From: a virus
DNA length: 64,000 nucleotides
IMG/VR virus record: IMGVR_UViG_3300036781_000179
Span: 9,285-73,284 of that record
Reading direction: 5' to 3' (one strand)
Shown: in pieces, positions 56,598 through 64,000 of the stretch
Numbering within the stretch: position 1 is the stretch's first letter
How the letters are laid out: each line of letters opens with the position of its first letter
The notes under the pieces: generated by a model
Told to the model about the DNA's origin: nothing
Seen by the model: only the letters and a program-made list of their open reading frames with translations
The model's database searches: none
Program-made: the position numbers and the translations under genes

Positions 56598-56715
56598 GAG
56601 AAATACTCTTTATAATCAGTTAAACAATGGTAACTACAAAATGGGTCTAAACAATTAGCATAATGATAATGGACATACCCTGTTTTAAAATATATCCTGA
56701 TTTTTCCTCTTAGTT

Positions 56716-57078
56716 TCATGTGTGATAAATTCTATAGATTCTTGGTAATGGTTTAATACTGTATTCTTTCCTGATTAGAGTTTTGCGTCCGTCTATAGAA
56801 CCCTTGCTCCGTTCGCCAAAGGTTTTATCCTTTATCAGTTGTTCTGTTGGTACATTTACAAACTCTTTTAATAATTGTAATTCCTGTTTACTCCACGTTT
56901 TTGTTGGACGCCTTATCTCAATTTTAGCCAGTTTTATCGGCTTGGGTACGCTTTCCTCAATTGCCTCTATCATTTGTTTCCGTTGTAACTGTTTACACAA
57001 CATAAAGTAACAGTAAGCACAATTAGGATCATTACACTCGTATGTGTAGTAACCCGGGCTTTGGTGTTCAACTTTCAT
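56716..57078 (-). CDS. protein with SANT/Myb-like helical motif
   Basis: 'TWSKQELQLLKE...RSKGSI'. Confidence 0.5.
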   Translation of the reverse strand: MKVEHQSPGYYTYECNDPNCAYCYFMLCKQLQRKQMIEAIEESVPKPIKLAKIEIRRPTKTWSKQELQLLKEFVNVPTEQLIKDKTFGERSKGSIDGRKTLIRKEYSIKPLPRIYRIYHT

Positions 57079-57602
57079 ATACCTAAGTACTTTTCTGCCA
57101 TTACAATCTCCTTATCTGTTAACATGTGGCTAAATGAATTAAATCTGTCTACTGCTATTTTATAAACCCTCATTGATATTCTGTTTTCAATGCAACTATC
57201 CCATTTATCATGGCATGAACACGAACCTAAAAATCCTGCACCTAAGTATAATATGTTTTCAGGTAATTTAGCTACACTTTTAAAAGTACTCTTGGGCAAA
57301 ATGTGTGCTGAGCAACAACGCTTCCCGAAATTATTAAAGGCCAATAACAATTGGTTACATTCCTGACAACGTGGTTCAATTTCTAAAGATTCAAAGAAAT
57401 CTTTGTATTCATCTTTAGCCACTTTTACAGGCTTCTTTTTAATTATTGTTGTATTGTACTGAACCAATGGTTTACGTGGCTTCACGGGGCTAATAATGGC
57501 TTCCTTTGCCTTTATTCTTTGGCTACAGTCTTTACAAGCCTTTAATTTAGCTGACCAATAAAAACAATCGTTACCACATTGGGAACAGGTCTTAACTTTC
57601 AT
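57075..57602 (-). CDS. Zn-binding HNH/NinG-like nuclease (start probably MKVKTC)
   Basis: CxxC pairs, 'AHILPKS', 'CHDKWD'. Confidence 0.6.
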   Translation of the reverse strand: MKVKTCSQCGNDCFYWSAKLKACKDCSQRIKAKEAIISPVKPRKPLVQYNTTIIKKKPVKVAKDEYKDFFESLEIEPRCQECNQLLLAFNNFGKRCCSAHILPKSTFKSVAKLPENILYLGAGFLGSCSCHDKWDSCIENRISMRVYKIAVDRFNSFSHMLTDKEIVMAEKYLGI

Positions 57603-57789
57603 TTCTATCGTTATAAATTGTAAACCGAGTTGACCCTTTATTCTCCTGAACCACACAACAAACAGATTTATCATTAACCTTGTAATCATTCCATACTTTA
57701 TATGGCGTACCTTTTGAAATGATTTCTGTAACCAAAGTAGTAGCGTGATAAAGTGGTATATCTGATTTATTGTTTATGATTATTTTCAT
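57592..57789 (-). CDS. hypothetical protein
   Basis: Packed run. Confidence 0.55.
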   Translation of the reverse strand: MKIIINNKSDIPLYHATTLVTEIISKGTPYKVWNDYKVNDKSVCCVVQENKGSTRFTIYNDRNES

Positions 57790-57982
57790 TATTAATTATA
57801 TTATCAATATCTCCCTGTGGTACTATCTTTATTCCTTCCGTTGTAACTATAGTCATGGCACGACCAAAACATATTAAGTCATCCATTACCTGTTTCTTAT
57901 CACCATTCATATCATTAAAGACTAATTGTGCCAATTGTTGTTTAAGTTTAAAGTGGTCGAATACGGGTTTATTCTTTTTCAT
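57767..57982 (-). CDS. hypothetical protein
   Basis: Packed run. Confidence 0.5.
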   Translation of the reverse strand: MKKNKPVFDHFKLKQQLAQLVFNDMNGDKKQVMDDLICFGRAMTIVTTEGIKIVPQGDIDNIINNENNHKQ

Positions 57983-58280
57983 TAGACAACAATTTGAGAA
58001 CTAAGGGCTTTATGAATTTATTAAGATAAAGTTCATCACTTACATCCACTACTTCAATTTCATTGTTAGAATCTTTCTTATCTCTTGTAATAGTAGAGAT
58101 GCCCGAATATCTATAGAATGAGTGATGTGATATTTTAGCAATATTACTTCCTTTGGTAAAAACCACATTGTTTAATTCACCATCTACACTACTAAATGAT
58201 ATTCCTTGTTTCTGTAATTCAGCCAAGAACTTATTTATGGACGGCTTCATGTTTTCTATTTGTTTTTCTGGATTCCACAT
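57969..58280 (-). CDS. hypothetical protein
   Basis: Packed run. Confidence 0.55.
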   Translation of the reverse strand: MWNPEKQIENMKPSINKFLAELQKQGISFSSVDGELNNVVFTKGSNIAKISHHSFYRYSGISTITRDKKDSNNEIEVVDVSDELYLNKFIKPLVLKLLSNEKE

Positions 58281-58299
58281 AATTATTTTTTATTTATGA

Positions 58300-58581
58300 T
58301 TATTTAAATTTTGGTTTACTAAGATTTGGATATTTTTCTAAAAACTTTATCACGTTATCACTAACTCCTCCTGCGAGTTCATTAATTAATTGTTTTTTAA
58401 CTCCATTGATGTCATTAGATTTAATTTCTGTTAATATATCCTTAAACTCTTGTATTTTATCAGGGTTTACACATGATGCATACTTTCTATTTGGTTCATA
58501 GAATGATATTACCGAGCCTAACTCACTTAGGTCTTTAAGTATTTTTGGTTTCTTTTTCACTTTCATAACTTTAATATCCAT
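58300..58581 (-). CDS. hypothetical protein
   Basis: Packed run. Confidence 0.5.
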   Translation of the reverse strand: MDIKVMKVKKKPKILKDLSELGSVISFYEPNRKYASCVNPDKIQEFKDILTEIKSNDINGVKKQLINELAGGVSDNVIKFLEKYPNLSKPKFK

Positions 58582-58784
58582 TGTAATATTTCTAACTGAC
58601 CTTCAAGATTTGTATTAATGGTAGTAATTCCATCATATTCAGCCCTGTCTAATTCATATTCAATGTTTTTATACCGTTGTCTTATTTTATCTTTAAAATC
58701 TTCAATTATAAGTATTTCATATTCAAAGATGTTTAGATTTTCAAGGCATGAAACGGTTTCTAAATACTTTTCTACCCTATTCAT
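58563..58784 (-). CDS. hypothetical protein
   Basis: C-terminal 'QLEILQWIL' motif. Confidence 0.5.
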   Translation of the reverse strand: MNRVEKYLETVSCLENLNIFEYEILIIEDFKDKIRQRYKNIEYELDRAEYDGITTINTNLEGQLEILQWILKL

Positions 58785-58794
58785 TGATCTTTAT

Positions 58795-59001
58795 TTAAAA
58801 TGTTCCCATGCCCATTCCACCAAATGGTTTCGGTAATCCTTTTTTTCTATAAATAGTTCTTAACTGTTGAGTATTTGGACCTCCATACATAATTCTGTCA
58901 ATCCATCCATGAGGTGCTAATTCTTGTGTTACTTGGTGATAGCGTTCTTGCAATGATTCGGGCAATGCCCAATATTCTTTTGATGTTATTTCCTCTTTCA
59001 T
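58795..59001 (-). CDS. hypothetical protein
   Basis: Packed run. Confidence 0.5.
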   Translation of the reverse strand: MKEEITSKEYWALPESLQERYHQVTQELAPHGWIDRIMYGGPNTQQLRTIYRKKGLPKPFGGMGMGTF

Positions 59002-59094
59002 GATTTTAAAAAATTAAATGTATCAATACTGTTAACAACTTAGGTATCCCAAATAAAAGGATTAAACAGGTTGTGAATGTTAGAACGTTTTTAA

Positions 59095-59586
59095 TCATAA
59101 ATCGAAGTCCTTAACAGTCAAATAATAAATATGCATTGCATCTGCCACATTATCATCCCCATCAAAGCCGGGATACATCTTTTTAGCTGCTGTTATCATT
59201 GCTTCCTTGTTAGCGTTCCCTTTACCTGTAGCAAACTGTTTTATCTCCTTTGCAGAATAAGCTTTGTACTCAATGTTATTATCCTCACAGAACAGTTTTA
59301 AAACCCCGTGCAACTCACTTTGGTGTATAACGGATGATTGGTGCATTCCGGAACTCCTTTCAAATGTTATAAGGTTTATGTCCTCTAATTGGCATACTTC
59401 TTTTAACTTGGCTCTAAACCGTAAGAATTTCATACCATTGCTTTCATCACGTTTGATATTAAAATCCCATAACCCATGAGCGTTTTTAGTTGCCCATCCT
59501 GTTTTGGTTGCCACATCAAGGGCAAGCACCCTTAATTGTATTTTAGAACTATCTGGAAATAAGGCCATTACTCCTTTACATTTCAT
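59095..59586 (-). CDS. RuvC-like Holliday junction resolvase
   Basis: 'VLALDVAT', 'FE', 'IKQFATGKGNANKE', 'DDNVADA'. Confidence 0.85.
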   Translation of the reverse strand: MKCKGVMALFPDSSKIQLRVLALDVATKTGWATKNAHGLWDFNIKRDESNGMKFLRFRAKLKEVCQLEDINLITFERSSGMHQSSVIHQSELHGVLKLFCEDNNIEYKAYSAKEIKQFATGKGNANKEAMITAAKKMYPGFDGDDNVADAMHIYYLTVKDFDL

Positions 59587-59930
59587 TTTTATCTTGTTTT
59601 AAAATTGGTTCATGATTTACGCAATAGCCTGTAGGTTCAGGTATATCCGTTTTAAATAGTTTATCATTGGAGTTTAAACAGTCATAAGTATCATTATACC
59701 CAATGTGGTTGCTGCATTTAAACCATTTACAATTGCTGCATGTTTTGTCCATTTCTTTGTCTTTTAATAAAGGGAGCTTCGTTCTCGCAACTCAATTCTC
59801 CCTTAACCTAAACCGTTATCACATTAACACACAAGAACAGTGTGTTGTCATATAGTCAAGTTTCGCTCCTGTACGTTCCCTATCAACGCAACACCGTCCT
59901 TTACGATGTACTATATGCCTTTTCATTAGG

Positions 59931-60404
59931 TTATAGTACTTTTATTACGGGACTTAATTTACCGCTTTTAACTGGCTCATAAACGGTAGAAACTTCTCCC
60001 GTATCTTCATCAACTATGGTCATGCTACCCTTTACTGTTTTTAAAAATGCTTCAATCTCTTTAACCCGTTCAATCAACTTATTATACTCTTTGTGGCCGC
60101 ATCCCTTAAAGTCGTATTTTACGCCAACCATTTGTTCCGTAATAACACAGTTAAACTTGCTATACTTTTCACCTTGACCAAGTTTCATTTCGTTGATTGC
60201 AGGAGATTGTAAATTTTCCTTGATTAACTCTGCTGCTTCTGTTAGCTTCTTAGCGAATATAAGCCCCTCTGTAGGGCTGGAATATCCGTCTGTGAACTTA
60301 TCCACTACCGACATTGAAAAATCTTTTATGCCCGATTTATCAAGGTTTACAAATGATTTCTCTGTTAGTATTAATCCTGTTTGTGGTTCTGCTGTTTCTT
60401 TCAT
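59931..60404 (-). CDS. hypothetical recombination-module protein
   Basis: 'GVKYDF', 'VDEDTGEV' motifs; close to SSB-like gene. Confidence 0.55.
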   Translation of the reverse strand: MKETAEPQTGLILTEKSFVNLDKSGIKDFSMSVVDKFTDGYSSPTEGLIFAKKLTEAAELIKENLQSPAINEMKLGQGEKYSKFNCVITEQMVGVKYDFKGCGHKEYNKLIERVKEIEAFLKTVKGSMTIVDEDTGEVSTVYEPVKSGKLSPVIKVL

Positions 60405-60715
60405 GATTCAATTGAAAATAAGTTTTTAAGTTTGTCAATTGCTTCCTTTGCCTCATAAGCGGTTTGGTAATCCCAAAAGCTATCAAGTGTTTCCCTGTTA
60501 TGTTTCTTGTTTACTTCATTTAATAAGTCAACATGCTCCTTTAAGGCATCCTGAATGGCACTTAACAAATCGGGTATTGTATTTATATCCTTGACATAAA
60601 CTTTTGTTGGTATAAATACTTTTGGCGCACTATTATACATTGGTACACCCGAATGCATGTTTTCGTTTATATCCTGTTGTCTCAGTTCTTCAAACTGCTG
60701 TTTACTTGATTTCAT
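60401..60715 (-). CDS. hypothetical protein
   Basis: Overlap-coupled ORF. Confidence 0.55.
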   Translation of the reverse strand: MKSSKQQFEELRQQDINENMHSGVPMYNSAPKVFIPTKVYVKDINTIPDLLSAIQDALKEHVDLLNEVNKKHNRETLDSFWDYQTAYEAKEAIDKLKNLFSIES

Positions 60716-61011
60716 ATCCTTACGTTAACTGTTTTTAATTGTTTACCACCCTCAAAATACTGTTTAACTATTGCCTGTGGAAACTGTGGTAAATTTAAAT
60801 TAGGGTTATTAGTCATTTCAATTGTATGCCAGTTTTCTAAAGGGGGTAACATTTGTTCACTCACATTTTGGATGCAACACATTCGCCCGTAATCCCGGCA
60901 ATAAATTACACTTCCTGCTGTTGGTTTCCTATCGCTTAGACCGTAGAGGAAAAGTGGCTCATCAGAATGCCTTGATAAACTGATGAGCCTTAGTTCAGTG
61001 ATTTTCATCAA
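60712..61011 (-). CDS. hypothetical protein
   Basis: Overlap-coupled ORF. Confidence 0.55.
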   Translation of the reverse strand: MMKITELRLISLSRHSDEPLFLYGLSDRKPTAGSVIYCRDYGRMCCIQNVSEQMLPPLENWHTIEMTNNPNLNLPQFPQAIVKQYFEGGKQLKTVNVRI

Positions 61012-61676
61012 AACAAGGGTTCTTGAGTTTCCGGTTCATCATAGAAATCGGCAGGTAAATCCGAAACTAAAGGTTGTCCGTTATCATCAGTGAACTTGTT
61101 TTCATTGGGGTTACGCATTGCTTTGTACTCCGGGGTTGTTTCCATTTTATTGCGGATAAAATCAGGTAATGATTTAAACAGGTCTTCATCCCATTTGTCA
61201 TAGGATAGTTCTTGACTTGGGTTAACCTGTTTAGGGTATGTCATGCCTTTAGGAACAGGGGTAATAGCAGATATTTCGTCGTATTTAATAGTTGGGTCTT
61301 TTTTACTCGGTTTGTGAGTAAGGTTAATCATACACGGTTTGCCCAATAAAACAGTAATGTCAAAGTTTTTAGCTTGTTCTTCTGTGAAGGGAGAGCCCCT
61401 CCATGATTCCAACATCTTACGAAGGTTAGCCTTGTCACCCATTGATAAAGTGAACTCCTTTGATACTACTAATGGTTGAGGACCTTTTGATTCATCAAAC
61501 ACCTTTGTTACTAATGGTAATTCAAATGTTAGGTTCACTTTGTGTAGGTGTTTTTCAACCCCCATTACATTTTCTAAGGTTGTACCCAGCTCGATCATTT
61601 TAATACAATATCCTACGTGGTTACCTGCTTCTGTTAGTTCTCTCGGTTGTGAATTGTTTCTTGCTACTATACTCAT
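61008..61676 (-). CDS. putative single-stranded DNA-binding protein
   Basis: 'KANLRKMLESWRG', 'LLGKPCMIN'; acidic tail ending PLF. Confidence 0.7.
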   Translation of the reverse strand: MSIVARNNSQPRELTEAGNHVGYCIKMIELGTTLENVMGVEKHLHKVNLTFELPLVTKVFDESKGPQPLVVSKEFTLSMGDKANLRKMLESWRGSPFTEEQAKNFDITVLLGKPCMINLTHKPSKKDPTIKYDEISAITPVPKGMTYPKQVNPSQELSYDKWDEDLFKSLPDFIRNKMETTPEYKAMRNPNENKFTDDNGQPLVSDLPADFYDEPETQEPLF

Positions 61677-61727
61677 TTTCTTACTTTTTTTAGTTTTTTA
61701 ATGTTTACGATTTATTTATTTGTTGTT

Positions 61728-62015
61728 TTATAATTTTACAAGATCAAACTGTTCCTTGATTTCATTGGTCAGGGCTTCATATTTAGCCACGAACTGACTT
61801 AATGATACAGTGCTATCATCTATTGCTATTTCTTCCCTTAGTAGCTTTAAAGCAGCATTAGCCAAGGTTGTACAATACCCCAATGTGTTTTCAGTTTGCT
61901 TACCATAGTTTTTTGATTCTTTATCCTGATTAACCTTATAGGCTATGGCAGTATAGTTAGCACCGTCAATATCTATGGCGTATTGGTGTTGGTTTAATTC
62001 GATTTCAATTCTCAT
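61728..62015 (-). CDS. hypothetical protein
   Basis: 'GYCTTLANAAL' motif. Confidence 0.55.
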   Translation of the reverse strand: MRIEIELNQHQYAIDIDGANYTAIAYKVNQDKESKNYGKQTENTLGYCTTLANAALKLLREEIAIDDSTVSLSQFVAKYEALTNEIKEQFDLVKL

Positions 62016-62221
62016 GGTTGTTTTATAATTTATAGAGTGATTTGTTTAAGGTTACAAGCTTGGCAACGATTCATCCAATAACTCGTTTAAATCCTGTAAC
62101 TCCGTTTTTAACTTCTGTAACTGTTCGGAATATGCTAACACTTGTTTTTGATGGTAGTCTACATTCCATGCAGCTTTTTCTATAGCTGATTCTATCTCTT
62201 TAATTATTGTTAACATAATTT

Positions 62222-62443
62222 TTATTTTAAAGACTTAATTATCATAGTACCTATTTTTACAGCTTCTTTGTGAAAAACCATTGTTTGGTTAAACTTATTT
62301 TTTTGCACTATTACACCTCCTTTTTTTACAAATCCAGCCCGATATGTATTAATTGTTGTAATTTCATTGCCATATACATCTGTGTCCGCACATAGCAATT
62401 TGAAAATATCAATCCTTTGCCCTACTTTTAATTGTGTTTCCAT
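62222..62443 (-). CDS. hypothetical protein
   Basis: 73 aa ORF. Confidence 0.5.
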   Translation of the reverse strand: METQLKVGQRIDIFKLLCADTDVYGNEITTINTYRAGFVKKGGVIVQKNKFNQTMVFHKEAVKIGTMIIKSLK

Positions 62444-62614
62444 TCTAATATTTTGCTTTTGGTGTTATGTTTAAACCGTGGGTTCTTGTAAAATAGTAAC
62501 ATAGTTGTATTGAAACGTTTTCATATAACACCTGTGATCCTTGTTTTATCTGCCAACACTTAATAGGTTTTTTTGGCAACTGATTCAGGGCTAAATATGT
62601 GTTCCTGTCCATAA

Positions 62615-62869
62615 TCAATGGAATTTCCTAAACTGTAAATATTCTTGTTCACGCTTGTTTGCTTCCCATTCATCAACCTGTGCCAACAACTCACTTGTTT
62701 TTAGCCCCTCTAACGACACTTCTTCTGTGTGGAAGGAGATACTACTGTCTAACACGTATTTATCCTCTAAAAGCTCTGATAACCGTTGATAAAACGTGTT
62801 AACGTCTGTATATGGTTTATCGGTTCTGTTTCCTGTTATGTGTTGGTAGGAAATAAAATATTGTTTCAT
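62615..62869 (-). CDS. hypothetical protein
   Basis: 84 aa ORF. Confidence 0.55.
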   Translation of the reverse strand: MKQYFISYQHITGNRTDKPYTDVNTFYQRLSELLEDKYVLDSSISFHTEEVSLEGLKTSELLAQVDEWEANKREQEYLQFRKFH

Positions 62870-62942
62870 TTTGTTTGGTTTTAATTAGCCCGTATCGCCG
62901 GGACTATGCGCTGCCTAAAACTTGACAGTAAACAAGCAGATT

Positions 62943-64000
62943 TTAAAACTCCTTCACCTCTCCATTGATTAAACAATAGAATACGTTCTCTTTAATTGTC
63001 TCGCCATCCACAAAAACCGTTTTAACCTCTTTTATGTAAGTTACGTAATTACGTTGTTCTGCTTCTGATAAAACTAACCATGCACCTATTTGTCCCTTAC
63101 ATTTGGTTTTATAACCGATCGCCATAGCCACGCAGCCCTTTCCGGCCTCTGCGGTGGCGTAGTCACCTGATGAGCTTGCACCTGAACAGTTACCTGATGA
63201 GCTTGCACCTGAATAGTCACCTGATGAGCTTGCACCTGACTTGTAACCTGATGAGCTTGCACCTGAATAGTCACCTGATGAGCTTGCACCTGAACAGTCA
63301 CCTGATGAGCTTGCACCTGAACAGTTACCTGATGAGCTTGCACCTGAACAGTAACCTGATGAGCTTGCACCTGACTTGTAACCTGATGAGCTTGCACCTG
63401 AACAGTTACCTGATGAGCTTGCACCTGACTTGTAACCTGATGAGCTTGCACCTGAATAGTCACCTGATGAGCTTGCACCTGACTTGTAACCTGATGAGCT
63501 TGCACCTGAACAGTTACCTGATGAGCTTGCACCTGAATAGTCACCTGATGAGCTTGCACCTGACTTGTAACCTGATGAGCTTGCACCTGAATAGTCACCT
63601 GATGAGCTTGCACCTGAACAGTCACCTGATGAGCTTGCACCTGAACAGTAACCTGATGAGCTTGCACCTGAACAGTTACCTGATGAGCTTGCACCTGACT
63701 TGTAACCTGATGAGCTTGCACCTGAACAGTCACCTGATGAGCTTGCACCTGAACAGTCACCTGATGAGCTTGCACCTGAACAGTTACCTGATGAGCTTGC
63801 ACCTGAACAGTTACCTGATGAGCTTGCACCTGAACAGTTACCTGATGAGCTTGCACCTGACTTGTAACCTGATGAGCTTGCACCTGAATAGTCACCTGAT
63901 GAGCTTGCACCTGACTTGTAACCTGATGAGCTTGCACCTGAATAGTCACCTGATGAGCTTGCACCTGAACAGTCACCTGATGAGCTTGCACCTGAACAGT
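62943..64000 (-). CDS. 9-aa repeat protein (G[DNY][CYK]SGASSS)n, 5'-truncated by window edge
   Basis: Repeat frame is stop-free and continues into 'GDYATAEAGKGCVAMAIGYKTKCKGQIGAWLVLSE...VDGETIKENVFYCLINGE'. Confidence 0.85.
   Translation of the reverse strand, partial: CSGASSSGDCSGASSSGDYSGASSSGYKSGASSSGDYSGASSSGYKSGASSSGNCSGASSSGNCSGASSSGNCSGASSSGDCSGASSSGDCSGASSSGYKSGASSSGNCSGASSSGYCSGASSSGDCSGASSSGDYSGASSSGYKSGASSSGDYSGASSSGNCSGASSSGYKSGASSSGDYSGASSSGYKSGASSSGNCSGASSSGYKSGASSSGYCSGASSSGNCSGASSSGDCSGASSSGDYSGASSSGYKSGASSSGDYSGASSSGNCSGASSSGDYATAEAGKGCVAMAIGYKTKCKGQIGAWLVLSEAEQRNYVTYIKEVKTVFVDGETIKENVFYCLINGEVKEF
63166..64000. repeat. 27-bp coding tandem repeat, about 31 copies
   Basis: Constant CCTGATGAGCTTGCACCTGA plus one of five 7-nt variants. 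Confidence 0.95.

Noticed and set aside
63086-63991. ORF-track protein (QAHQVT)n
   Set aside because: Shadow frame of the repeat; the GxxSGASSS frame joins a plausible C-terminal domain
63166-64000. CRISPR-like array
   Set aside because: Variable parts are only 7 nt and recur, the unit is 27 bp and in frame, and no cas genes are present; it is a coding repeat
1-64000. Stop-codon reassignment as in some crAss-like phages
   Set aside because: Long genes are intact in the standard code and there is no suppressor tRNA; tRNA-Ser(TGA) reads TCA codons, not stops
1-64000. Prophage or integration module
   Set aside because: No integrase, att site or host genes are visible; lifestyle cannot be determined from this window

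Overview
AT-rich dsDNA phage of a Bacteroidota host, inferred from repeated TAnnTTTG promoter elements. It is podovirus-like with a crAss-related head-tail module. No DNA polymerase, virion RNA polymerase or integrase is recognisable in the window. The plus strand (1-50.2 kb) carries early and replication genes (RepL-like, NinB-like, Cro-like HTH, initiator, T7 gp4/Twinkle-type primase-helicase, C5 methyltransferase). It continues with a glycosyltransferase/methyltransferase operon, tandem GroES, terminase, portal, capsid, tail and ejection proteins, signal-peptide-bearing fibre proteins, a lysis cassette and seven tRNAs. The minus strand (50.3-64 kb) carries a spanin, three more methyltransferases, a RuvC-like resolvase, an SSB-like protein, many small genes and a 9-aa repeat protein. 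Top finding: an unannotated 18-codon leader peptide (49027-49083) has ten consecutive codons that are all read by, and together cover, the seven tRNAs encoded downstream. It is embedded in mutually exclusive protector, antiterminator and terminator helices, suggesting an attenuator that senses tRNA depletion and induces the phage's replacement tRNAs. All protein family assignments are from motif recognition by eye, not database searches.
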